Assembly (NCBI RefSeq): GCF_009914755.1
Contig: NC_060926.1
Reading direction: 5' to 3' (one strand)
DNA from: the human T2T-CHM13v2.0 reference genome, Homo sapiens
DNA length: 64,000 nt
Part shown: positions 43,194 to 56,407 of the stretch, piece by piece
How the letters are laid out: each line of letters starts with the position of its first letter
How positions within the stretch are numbered: the stretch's first letter is position 1
Position numbers and translations under genes: made by a program
Notes under the pieces: generated by a model
The model's input: the letters and a program-made list of their open reading frames with translations, nothing else
Databases searched by the model: none
Told to the model about the DNA's origin: nothing

Positions 43194-44770
43194 ACCTACC
43201 CTTCTAATTACTGGTGTAACTGCCTGATACTGTCCCCGGTATTACTCTTTGACATAATTATAAAACATCAAGTAAACACAGGTTACTGGTGAATTAAGAA
43301 AAAGGATCAACTTTTTTTTCCTAGGCCTCTTGTAGGCAGTCTCTCCTGGGGTCTTCTGTTTCATGAGTCAGAGGCTTATCTCTCTGTGATTACAGGCTCA
43401 CTGGGGGCAGGCACCTATTTTATTTTACCTAGATAAATAAATAAATCCAATCCCTTCCCATGTAAAATTTTTGTGTATCAGCTGTATTGAATACTTGTGT
43501 CTATTAATATGAATCTTATGAATAGTCTTATTGCTGTAAGAATTCCATAAAGACTGGACATTGTTTTTCATGGTATTTTGACTCTTTAAAAAAACACACA
43601 CGCAAACAGAAACATGGTGGAGTGGCTGAAAATTGGAAGCTTAAATTTCCAAGTTCATGTCTGTGTCACTGTAGACCCTGACTGGAAAGTCATCATTTCC
43701 TTGAACCTAGAGGAATGTGCTGAAACAGTAGTAGGTGTTGGTTAAAATTAGAACCAACTATTTCCATAACCAGAATTACAGACACATTAAAAAAAAAAAT
43801 AAAGTGACAGAAATCTACTAGTTTTTCCTTGTGTATTCAAGAGGTTTTTGACCCAGTTCAGCTAACTACAATTGGATTCTGTCCCTGGACTTGGCACATA
43901 ACAATGCATGGTAGACTTTCTAGACCTGGCGATGGAAACTCGGAACTCTTCCCAGGTATGAGCCCTTAAAAAAATGTCATCAGGATCTGAACAGCAAATG
44001 ACAGTGACTTCTCATGTTGTCTCCTTTGTGCCCTCCTTCCCTGATGCTAAGCCCCAGGAAAAGATTCCATGTTGACATTATTTGTGTTTAATAGCTCATT
44101 ACTGTGTCCACGCTCTCCAGCTTTCCTTTACTAGCAGTGAGCCTGCCAAGGCGCCAGCACTGCAACTACACATGTTTCTAGACTACTGTATGAATTGCTC
44201 ATCTCTTGAAGCTATTTATTTGTAGCTAATAGCTAGCATTTGTTACCTCTTGAGAACCAGAGAAATGCACACACAGTTTCCATGGAGAGGGGGAAAAAAA
44301 CCCAAACAACCTATGATCCAGGATCCTGTTTTTGTCTAAGGAATGCAGTTTGCTTGAGCAAGACTCTTAAGATGTATTTGTATAGGGTGCAGATGTTAGT
44401 CATTAGTGCTTAATGTATGCTGAGATGGGACCAGCTAATGGACCCTCTACACTGGTCAGTGGTGTTGAATCAAGCTATTGCTGGAAGGTCCTGAGGAAGT
44501 AGTTTCCAACGGTAATGGCCCTGATCCCTTTGCATATCGTTTCTTTTGGCCTTTCCTCCCTCCCATGCTGAATTATAACAGAGTCACTGGTGTGCAATTC
44601 CAGAATGTCTCAGTTTTTTCATCAGATACCTAACATTTACAAAATTACTTTAAATATTTGCCTCAGTCCAAGGTCTTGGGACTCAGCACCTTTTTTCTTG
44701 CTTACATAATTTAAAAAGTCTATGGTGCCATTTTCTCAATGAACAGGACTAGTTTAAAAGAGAGATATTG

Positions 44771-45187
44771 GGCCAAGTGCAATAGCTTTGCCTGTAATTC
44801 CAGCACTTTGGGAGGCTGAGGTAGGAGGATCACTTGAGGCCATGAGTTTGAGAGCAGCCTGGCCAATACAGCAAGACTGTGTCTCTTGAAAAAAAAAAAA
44901 TAGCTGGAAGTGGTGGTGCCTACCCAAAGTTCTAGCTACACAGGAGGCTGAGGCAGAAGTATTCAGTTGAGCCCAGGAGTTTGAGACCATCCTGGGCAGC
45001 ATGAGACCTCATCTCTATAAAAAACTTAAAAAATTAGCCGAGCATGGTGGGTAGTCCCAGCTACTCAGGAGGCTGAGATGGGAGGATCACTTGAACCCAG
45101 GAGTTTGAGATTACAGTGAGCCATGATGGTGCCCCTGCACTCCAGCCTGGGTGACAGAGTGAGACCCTGTCTCTAAAACATAAAATG
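44771..45187 (+). mobile_element. Trimeric AluJ (left + hybrid + right monomers)
   Basis: Three monomers, two A-rich linkers, one TSD pair aaaagagagatat / aaaagagagctat. Confidence 0.88.
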
Positions 45188-45486
45188 AAAAGAGAGCTAT
45201 CATGGCTTTAGGATTTGGGCTGTAAACAGTGATACAGAAGAGATGAACTTTGCGAAAGAATAAAAGATGCTCTTAGGGATTGGGGAGTGTCTGGTGCATT
45301 AATGGTTCCTGTCTTGGGAAAAAGCTGTGTGTAGCAATGTTCTTGGGTGTTCACAGTAGCTCTTGTATATGAGACGTGGTCATTTTCAAGGTTGTTCACC
45401 AGTGGTAGAAGAATAGATGGCATTTGATGCTTGTTATTTTATACTTTTAACTTTTAAAATTATTCTGTAATTTAAAAATATTCTGG

Positions 45487-45950
45487 GGCTGGGCATGGTG
45501 GCTCCCAGCACTTTGGGAGTCCAAGGTGGGAGGATTGCATGAGCTTAGAAGTTTGAGATCATTCTGGGCAACACAGTGAGACCTGATGTCTACAAAATAA
45601 TGTTAAAAATTAGCCATGCATGGCCGGGCACGGTGGCTCACGCCTGTAATCCCAGCACTTTGGGAGGCCAAGGCGGGCAGATCACGAGGTCAAGAGATCA
45701 AGACCATCCTGGCCAACATGATGAAACCCCGTCTCTACTAAAAATACAAAAATTAGCCAGGCATGGTGGTGTGCACCTGTAGTCCCAGCTACTTGGAAGG
45801 CTGAGGCAGGAGAATCGCTTGAACCTGGTGGTGCACACCTGTGGTCCCAGCTACTCGGGAGGCTGAAGTGGGAGGATCGCTTGAGCCCAGGAGGTTGAGC
45901 CGTGATTGTGCCACTGCACTCCAGCCTGGGGGACAGAGTAAGACTCTCTG
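45487..45950 (+). mobile_element. AluJ with nested 3'-truncated AluSc (45622-45827)
   Basis: J left arm, then ggccgggc...gaggtcaagagatcaagaccatcctggcc (AluSc), then the J right arm resumes. Confidence 0.88.
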
Positions 45951-45956
45951 CCTGTC

Positions 45957-46013
45957 ATAGATAGATAGATAGATATAGTTTTCAACCTCTAACTGGTTTT
46001 GTGTGTGTGTGTG
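45957..46013. repeat. (ATAG)n and short (TG)n microsatellites
   Basis: atagatagatagatagat; tgtgtgtgtgtgtg. Confidence 0.85.
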
Positions 46014-48187
46014 TTGACAATTTATCTGATGGTTCTTTGAAAACTGAAAATGTGTCCTTCATTCCAACATTATACATTTAAAAAATCGAATGTTTTAACA
46101 TAAATATGGGAGGAGTACTCCATGAAGGTGAAAGCCAGTGATTCTCCTTGAAGAAGGGTATTGTTCTGTGCTAGCGGCATCTCCATTTCGCCTAGCAATT
46201 GTAGCAGAATAGAGACTGCATCCCCTCTCATTCTACAGGTAAAGAATAGTTTGAAGAGAAAGCTTAGTGATTTCACTGCCAAAAGAAAGCTTTTAACAAA
46301 ATTGCTTATTAAACCACACCTCAGGCTGTGCAGGGACATGGGAGGAGCGTGCAATTTCTGAAAAAGAATATTTAGAGGAGGATTTTATTGTATAATTGGC
46401 AAACTTCTCATCTCCGAGAATAATTGCTTGATTTCATGGAAAGGACCAGAACTTGGGTATCTTGAGGCCTAAGATAAATAGATAGCAACGGATCATGCTA
46501 GTCCCCATGGTTACTGGGAACTGAGCTCAAGTGGATTGTTATCCTGAACAAGTCTGTGTCAGGATATTCTTGTCACCTTTCAGCTCTTTGGTATTTGCTC
46601 TCTTTCTTGAATCAGCAAAAGAAATCGCTGTAAAGTTAATGTAATTTACGGGAAGTTCCCGTGCCACACTGCATGCTTTTGTGTGTCACAAGACTTAAGC
46701 TTCCTGCTACCCTCTGTTAAAGGAGAACTTTTTATGTTCCTAACAATATACGATTCTTTCAGGAGCTATTTACATAGCTGGGTTGGTTAATAGACAACTG
46801 GGGACTGGGCTATAAGCATTTTGACCTGGAAATATTTCTTTGGGGTTATGTGAACTACTGTACAATAAAACCTCAATTAACTAGGATTACTTGGAGAAAA
46901 GACAGTTTCTGGTTGAATTTTCTTTTAAATGGAAGGTTAAACACTTTCCTTTTCTCAACCCTTCTTATTCACTTTCTTCCTTTGGCTTTTGGAATTCAGA
47001 TGTTAAGATCTTGAAAATAAGTTAATGTTTCATTGAGTTAGTCCGTAACAGTGCTTTGGAACATCCTTGAGTTATGAAGCTTGTTATTCAGGCTTTACTT
47101 TCTTCAGAGGATTAAGAGGCTTGAACGTGGCTGCTAAGTTCTCTAAGTTGTTTTCTGGGGGGAAGAATAAATTTTTCTGTGTAATTTTGTTTTCTTGTAT
47201 CTTTATCAGATTCAGAATAAAAAAGCTATCGTAACATGCCCTGCATCAGTAGGCCTTGTTAGTTACGTAATCCTACTATTTGAGGGTTTAGGAATATTCT
47301 AGCAAAATATAACAGAAATGAGCCGTTAGTAAATTGCTTAACTTAAAATATTTAGTTTTCTTCTGTGTGTGTTAAAGTCAAGTTATATTAATTTAATAGG
47401 CAGTTGGGTTGGCTCTTTTGCATAATCCAGACAATATATGGATCCCACAAATATTTATTGAGTATATACTCTGTGTTCTTCATATACCATGTTAGGCAGT
47501 TTTGTAATATCAGTAATGAGACCAGCATAAGTGTATTAACCTCTGATAACCTTCACATAAATCTTATATTCTACAGCAATGAAAACTTGTCCCTAAGGGA
47601 CTTTGTGGTCACAGCAGTTCTGATTTCCTTGTTTGAAATTTTTGTAAACTTTCCAACTTCTTTGTTTTGCACTCAGTACTTAAAAATAAATTTAATGCCA
47701 GAAGTAAAAGTACTATTATTTTCATCAATCATAAGTTATAGATAACAAAAACTCAGAAATTTTTCTTGAACATAGGTAGGGAACTTAGGTGAAAGGACTG
47801 CTTTAATTCCATCTAAAAGATAAAACCTAATACTGACTTACAAATATGTTGCTAAGAGTTTAGTGTCTCCAAGTAAAGGTAGAAATTTTACATTATCTAT
47901 CAATGATATCGGCGAAAACTAAAATTATTAGGAAGTAAGCTAAGAATAATTTATAGTCTAGATTTTTAACTTAAAAGTGGAACCAATTTCCAATGGTTTC
48001 TTCCCTTAGTTCTTGAGTTAGCCATACTGTGACCATTAAAAAACATCTTTAAAATGTATGTGAAAAAACCTGAAGAAAATGTGGCAAAGGGTAAGATTTG
48101 ATAAGAAATGGGTCTAGGTTTATAGGGAATGCATTATAGTCTTTATAGTTATGTGTGTTTGAAATATAATAAAACACTTTTAGATGA

Positions 48188-48489
<302 letters not shown>

Positions 48490-48852
48490 TAGATGAATTA
48501 TTTCCTTTAGAAATTATTTTCTGTGTATCTGCAAAAGTGTTTCATTTTAGTACTGTGAAATGAATAGGCCCTATGCTGGGTCCTGTTGGGGTTTGTGATT
48601 TATAGATGGTAAAATACATTTCACACTTACAAGATGAAGCAATCTACCTCTATATAAAGAGCTTGCCTGTGGGTGGTTGTAGCAAGTGTCTTCTTATTAT
48701 TTCACAATTGAGGGCAAGAGAGAGGTCAGACCATTGGTGAAACCCTTAGTGCAAGCAAGTCCGCAAATAAGCTTTTTAGCTACTTAAGCCTAGGTGTTTT
48801 ATTGGCATTGAAGGCCAAGACACACGAGCAATACTTGCACAATCAAAAGTTC

Positions 48853-48958
48853 TATTTTTCCAAGACATGCTGGTCACACAAGAAAAACTGAGATAACATA
48901 TAATTTATTTTTCCAAGACATGCTGATCACAAAAGAAAAACTGAGATAACGTATAATT
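48853..48958. repeat. 53-bp tandem duplication
   Basis: Units 48853-48905 and 48906-48958, 3 mismatches. Confidence 0.95.
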
Positions 48959-49016
48959 TAGTTACTGTGTATCCACTTTGGATCCAGATTGCATATCTAT
49001 ATCTGTCTGTAAACAG

Positions 49017-49077
49017 ACATATGCACACATATATATACCTGTGTGTATGTATATATGCACACACACACATATATATT
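49017..49077. repeat. Alternating purine-pyrimidine (CA/TA/TG) microsatellite
   Basis: catatgcacacatatatatacctgtgtgtatgtatatatgcacacacacacatatat. Confidence 0.8.
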
Positions 49078-49199
49078 TAAAATCACAGTACTTAATTAAT
49101 TTGCCTCCAAAACTAATGGCCACATTAATGCCTTTGAGCTAAGTTAGACTGGCTGGAATCAGTTGGCAAGATCCTGGTAAATGGTTTTGGTGTCAACTA

Positions 49200-49549
<350 letters not shown>

Positions 49550-50979
49550 CTAAACCCATGAGAAGAGTGCTGTCAACAAAAGAAGTGTTCCCTACAGTGG
49601 GGAAGAATTGAGGTTAGCAGAAAGGGTAAAACAAGAACAAAGTAATTCCTAGCCATCCGAAGAGGTGGAATGGGAAAGGCAACACCTATAACAGGAAGGA
49701 AATACTCCATCTGGGGCTGAGCCTGTCTTATTCTGAGGCCCAAGCTTGGCTGCCTTTCTCTTCATTCCCTCTGTGTGCCACTTAACAGTATGCATTTCAA
49801 CTTTCTTTTCAGGGAGGGGCCAGATGTAGAAATGCCTCACACTACAGTGGAGGAGACCTCACCAGCTACCTGTACCAGTAAGATGGGATTAGCTCAGGAA
49901 ACGTTGTTGTTTGTTTGAGGGACAAGAATAACATGAAAGAAGGAGCAAGATTAACAGAACAGCTGACCTAGAGCTGCTAGGCACTGGATGGTCCTCTGTG
50001 CTTATATACACAATGTAATACTTGTAAGGAAAAAGCAAAAGGCTTGGAGGAGGCTGTGGACTACCTATAGTTGACAGTATTTTCCTTTGTGGGGGTGGTG
50101 GATGTGGGACGTAGAATGTAAACTTCCTACCTTATACATTGATGTTACTTCATTGATTATAGTGAACACTTTATAGACTGAAACAAGTCTAAGAAAAATT
50201 CATCTTGAGCTGAGGAGATAGAGATGACCTGCCAAAGATTTCACATCCACAAAGTTTGTATGACTGATAGTTTTAATAAAAAAAATTTGTCAGCCAAAAC
50301 ATACTGAGAGTTTCTTAGTCGTATTAACTGATCTGAAACTGTTGCCACTAGGGGATATAAAAGATACTACCTGTATTTTAGTGATAAACCACAAAGAATA
50401 AAATGAGTTTTTAATTAGCATCATGCAGCCACTTAAGTATTAGCAAAGAAAATTTGTAGCTGATCTTTCAGTTCTCTGTAATATAGAAAAACAGATGCTG
50501 CATCTCTAGTTTTGCCTGTGCCTGGGGGATATTTAAAACTTGTACTAAAATGTTAATTTCGCCATGGTAGAGGTGACGGGGAAACTTGCAAAAAAAGGGG
50601 AAAGAGGAGGGAATTGGGTGCATAGAAGTGAGCATGAGGCCAGCAGTAGGGAATGAGTTTACAATAAATAAGGTGTGAGAGTGGTTGGGGGGAGTGGGAG
50701 AGGTTTGGGGGCTGGGAAGACAAGGGAAAAGAAAATGCAGGGATATGCTATTTGTGTTCATTTTGTCTTTGAAAATCGTAAGTGTACAGCATCATTCTCG
50801 GGCAGAGTCTGGGAGGACTTGAGTTGACTGCTACAGTTTATGATCTTCCCTAAACATCGACGTTCCTGGAAATCTTTGGCCTCTGAGCTGACTTCTTCTC
50901 TGTTGCTTGTGAGCCAGGAATTTAACAGCTCTGTTGTATGTGCAGGCTGCAGATGCTTCTCTTCAGCTTTTGCTATCCA

Positions 50980-50980
<1 letters not shown>

Positions 50981-51028
<48 letters not shown>
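50981..51028. repeat. (TG)24 microsatellite
   Basis: 48 bp uninterrupted. Confidence 0.98.
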
Positions 51029-51030
<2 letters not shown>

Positions 51031-52074
51031 GGATAAACTTAAAAAACCTGTTGCTTCCATGCAACGGCCCACACAACTTGGGACTCATGGTCAGCCTCAC
51101 CTTCCACATTGGCTAAAACTCTACAGGAAACAGTTTATGGAGTTTAAGGAAAAAAAAAAAAAAGGAAAATTATCAGACTCCAAGCAAGTTATTTATGGAC
51201 CAGTGTGTGAACAGAACATCTGATTGAAAAAAGAAAAAATTACAGATGGGTGGGGATGGAAAGGCAAATGTGTTGTGTAGCTGGCCAAGTAATATCTGGT
51301 TGTGTCAAAAAACGGGAAAAAACATCATCTTCAATGAGTTACGTTATTTGTATTCCTTCCATCTTGCCTGCCATGTGCCTTGGATAATGCTGCTGTCTAT
51401 TAAGCCCTCTGTGTCCTACTCCCTCGCCAGCTTTGCTCCATTGTGCTGTTGGTGGGGACACAGCCCAGGTGGTTGGGTGATGCCTGTGCTTTCCTCCTGC
51501 CCTCTTTTGGTGTTGCTATTTGAAAATCACTTGTATAATGAATGTATCCTCTCCCCACTCCCATTGTTATGTGAAAAAAGCCAGTAAAAATGAACATCTG
51601 GCAAAGAAACTGTCCCAATTTAAGGAGGAAGTTTGCTAGATTTATGATCTTCCTTTGTAACTCAAGTATAAACTGGCCACTATCTGAGGAGTGAGGTCTT
51701 GCTACACAGTTTTCAGGGTCAGGGGGCCAGGCAGGGGTCGGGTAGGGTGAGTGGAAGCTCTGGGGTTGCCGCCTAGGCTGGAAAAACACTGTGCATCAGC
51801 TGAATGGCTGCCGGCCTGCCAGGATGCTGCTATTTTCTATCCTGATTCAGTTTTGTGAAAGGACAGTGGGTGTGAATTGTTGGCTGGGTCTCTGGATCAC
51901 TAACCAGAAATAAGCTTAGCTAAATTGACCACAAGAAATTTCACTGTTTTAAATCCCACCAGCCAACTCCCCAAATTTTGCCTTTTTTGTCTCTTTCCTT
52001 GAAATTAGTTTAACATTGCATAGTGTATTTTATCTTCATAATGACTACTTAAAGATGGTTTTAAAACTGAACTA

Positions 52075-52384
<310 letters not shown>

Positions 52385-53855
52385 CTATATATTGTAAAAT
52401 AGAGTTATACTGAGCTAAAGTATACATTTTAATCATTTATGTACTATGAAAAATAGTAAATTGCTTTTGTAAAAATAAAAAGTACTGGCATGAACACAGC
52501 ATTGTTCCAGTGGAAGGAGTTTGTGGGTTTCAGAAGTTTATTACCCTCTGATTTAGATATGGTCCTGTCTGTTGAACTCACGGTCATGGTATAATGACAT
52601 CTCTTCATTCCGTCCCCCACCCTCTGCCCCCAGAACAATTACCTTGCTTTATGTAATTTCTTGTTAGATCAGTCTCTATCTCCAAAAGCAACTGGAATAG
52701 ATTAAATCAAGGCTCATACACAGCCTATAAAAACAGGAACTTCATTTCGGGGAAGATTTTTGTAAGATCGTTTTCTAAAATAGCATAGTATCAGAAATAT
52801 TTCTGTAATGCTTTTCGGCAAGGAAATTAGTTCAATATTTTTGGCTTTGTCAACTCAGTTCTCAATAATAGCTGTACTCTGTTGTCATTACAGTTTTGGC
52901 TTTTCTCAACTGGAGAATGATTTTATATTAAGTGCTTTGTAATTATTTTTTTCTTGCATTTTTATCTAAGGCTTTGTAAGGGGGGTGTTCAAGTACAGCG
53001 TGGAACCAGATTCTTCTTTTCCTTATCTTTCATAATTTTCCATGTTTGTTTTGAATTAATTAGTTTTGATTCAAACAAAAAAACTAGCATTTTAAAAGAT
53101 CTGGTGTTTCAGTATTTTGTTTTGTTTAATCACCCCTTGTTTCTTTTGACACTAAATTTTTCTCAGGAACTAAGCAGATCGGTTATCGTTCCTCTACTTT
53201 GCTTTATTGAACTCCCTAAGTGAAATTTGTTTTAACAAAGAGGCAGTGTTTATGTGTTGGTGATAAAAAGAAAATAGCCGATATATTATTACTTTTTTTT
53301 TCTTCTATGTCACCTTGTTATGTAAGGTTATTTCATTACCTTTGTAGTGTTTTTCATGGAAACCGTCAACAAGGAAGTACCTAACACTGCCCAACATGAA
53401 GCCAACCATAATTGTGGATAGAAATAGTAGACTCCTACTTCCTAGCCTTAAAGAATGTATAATTTAGTTAGCAAGTGAAATCCCAAGGGGTACATCATAA
53501 AGCAATGAATGATTCAAATTGGCACTGTAAGAATAAGTTCTAGGTGGTATGGGGCAGCCTATAAGAGCTATTGGAATTTAAAGAAGCAAGAGATTCTTAT
53601 GCAATTATGGAAAATGTTCTCGAGGTAGAGGAATTTGAGAGTTCAAATTGTTTTCTCATCAAACTTCTCCTCATTTTAGATTCAGCATTTGATAGGTAGG
53701 CTTCCAGTGTAATTTCTTTTTTCCTGTTAACAAAATGAACCTCAGAATTCTGAAAAGGAAAGATACTGATTCATTCAAATCTCAAATGTCCTAACTTTAT
53801 AGAAGAATGTGGTACTATGGAAGGGCACAAATCAAGGTGCTGTTAATATGAGCGG

Positions 53856-54279
53856 TGTTGTAGTTTGGATATTTAACCCTCTAAACCTCATGTTGAAATG
53901 TGATCCCCAATGTTGGGAGGTGGAGCCTAGTGGGAGGTGATTTGGGTGATGGGGGTGGATCCTTCATGAATGGCTTGGTGTCCTAATGAGTCTTCCTGGT
54001 GTTATCACTGGTGGTAATGAGTGAGTTCTAGCCCTATTAGTTCATGCAAAATATGTTTGTTAAAAGAGCCTGGCACCTCTGTTGCCACGTGATCTCTGCA
54101 CACAGCAGTTCCTCTTCCCCTTCTGCCATAAGTGGAAGCAGCCTGAGGCTCTCACCAGGAGCAGATGCTGGCACAATGCTTTGTGTACAGCCCAGAGAAC
54201 CATGAGCCAAATAAACCTTTTCTTTAGAAATTACGCAGCCTTGGGTATCCCTTTATAGCAACACAAATGGACTAAGACA
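53856..54279 (+). mobile_element. MaLR solo LTR, MSTB-like
   Basis: tg..tagtttggat...ctcatgttgaaatgtgatccccaatgttgg...gagccaaataaacct...atagcaacacaaatggactaagaca. Confidence 0.92.
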
Positions 54280-55289
54280 AATAGTCACCTTTAATTTGGG
54301 TTTGTAGGATAGCCAGTGTTTAGGACCCTGTAATTTTGCTTTTAAAACCATGAAAGCTCATTTCAGATATTAACAAAGCATTTGGCTTACATATCTTATT
54401 TGCTTGGTGTGTACACAGGCTGGATTAAAAACAAAAGCAAATACAGTTTGGAAGAAAATAAAGCCAGCAGCATCCCCTGGTGAATCCCTTTAACCATCCA
54501 CCCCAGGAATGTCTGCAGTGCTGGTTAGGGCAGAGTGGGGCAGTTCCTCTGGAAGACGGTATGATAAACGAGGGTCACCCAACTGTGAGGCCAGAGGAAG
54601 GGAGACTATCTTCAGGAAGCTGTGAGCTTTTCCTTTTGTATGGAGAGTGTTTTGTTGGACTAAAGTTGTAGAAGGCATTTGACCTCTGTTATTGTATTTA
54701 GTGTTTCAACCTCAGCATCTGACCCAAAATAACACATATCTTTTCAGTAACTTGGGACAGAGCTGACAAAAGGCAGTCAAATTCAGAAGGAGTCTCATTG
54801 TAAAAGAAGGATTATAAACTACACAAAGAGCAAAATTAGTAGGGAAACTACCACCACAATAATAATGCTGCAGTGTTTTCAGAGCTGATATGTGATTGTG
54901 TTTTTCCTGTCTTGATTGTTTTTAAGTTTGGTCTGAAAAATACGGGTATCAAATTAAAATTTCATAAACTGCTACGAGTTTCTCTCCTTCCAGAGAGAAA
55001 GGATATTCATTTGATTTGAGAATTGTCGTTTTGGTTTAATTAACAGTTGTTTGAAGGATGTTAAAAATCATCGTGGTGAATTGGTTTTTATCCTAACAAT
55101 TGCATGATAATTTTAGATTACTCTTGAAATATGCCTCAAAATAAAAAGTTAGATGTAGTGGTCCTTTCTCATGTGCCTTGACTATTGTCAGAGAAAGCCC
55201 TGGGTTATCAGCCTGTTTAGAAGAAGTGACCTGGTACGCTTTTTGACTCTTGGCTCTGAAATCTTATCATCAGGAGGACCATGTGGATT

Positions 55290-55350
55290 TTATTCATTTG
55301 ACAGATACTTACTGTGCACCTATTATGTGCCAGGCCCTGTTATGCAGAGG
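55290..55350 (-). mobile_element. L2 3' end
   Basis: ttcatttgacagatacttactgtgcacctattatgtgccaggccctgt. Confidence 0.65.
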
Positions 55351-55780
55351 ACAAGTAGAGTAGAAAATAGAACTACTAACACTTGCAACACACACAGTCA
55401 ACTCTTTTGTTATAGCTCAGTTTAATTAACAGAAGGAAAAACTTTGCGTTGGGGAATACACATAACACCTGGAAACGCAGCGTTGGAACACCCGATTTGT
55501 CTATGATGCTTGCTTACTACTCCTATTATTCTATATATTACAAAGCCTGAATATGTAAATGGCAGTTCAATGGTCTTTTAGGAAAAAAATTTACTGGAAA
55601 TATACTAAGAGGAATAACACTAAGGAATTCAGGAGCTACAAGAATTCTTGGAGTTCTGTTATTTCAGGTACTTTCTTTGAAGTATTAAGTACATATTATC
55701 AGTAAGTTTTGTTGTGTTCCTATTCTACGTAGATCATATTATCAGATAGAATGTAAAGATAGATTAAGATGTTCATGCTG

Positions 55781-56065
55781 GGCCAAGTGTGGTGACTCAT
55801 GCCTGTAATCCCAGCACTTTGGGAGGTTGAGATGGGCGGATCACTTGAGGTCAGGAGTTCGAAACCAGCCTGGCCAACATGGCAAAACACCGTCTGTAAT
55901 AAAAATATAAAAATTAGCTGGGTGTGGTGGCACATTACTATAATCCCAGCTACTTGGGAGGCTGAGGCACGAAAATCCGTTGAACCCTGGGAGGCAGAGG
56001 TTGCAATGAGCCGAGATCGTGCCATTGCACACCAGCCTAGGTGACAGAGTGAGACTCCGTCTCAC

Positions 56066-56097
<32 letters not shown>
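55781..56097 (+). mobile_element. Alu, AluS
   Basis: Full dimer, A31 tail. Confidence 0.95.
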
Positions 56098-56099
<2 letters not shown>

Positions 56100-56407
56100 T
56101 TTTTTTCATGCCCTAAAAGCTTTTACACCTCCTAGTTGAGAGGACAGGATACACATACACACACACTTCCCTACCTGCCTGCCTGCCTCCAGGAAGCATA
56201 TACGAAATGCCAATCAACTAGGATGCCTTGTTTAGTGTTAAGAACTAGAGAATGACGTGGATAGCTGTTCTGATTCTACGTTAGTATTTCTTAGCTTCTT
56301 TCTTACCCTAGTCATTTCACTATTAGGTTGGCAATAGTAATTCCCCATGTTTACCCCAGCATTAAGCTTGTGTATCTTCTATCAGCCCATACCTTATAGG
56401 TGGCAAG

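Noticed and set aside
46070-46361. Overlapping ORFs with a CAG|GTAAAG donor-like site near 46258
   Set aside because: No recognisable protein similarity and no convincing upstream acceptor
50758-51223. ORFs with HT/CV dipeptide runs
   Set aside because: These runs are translations of the (TG)24 microsatellite
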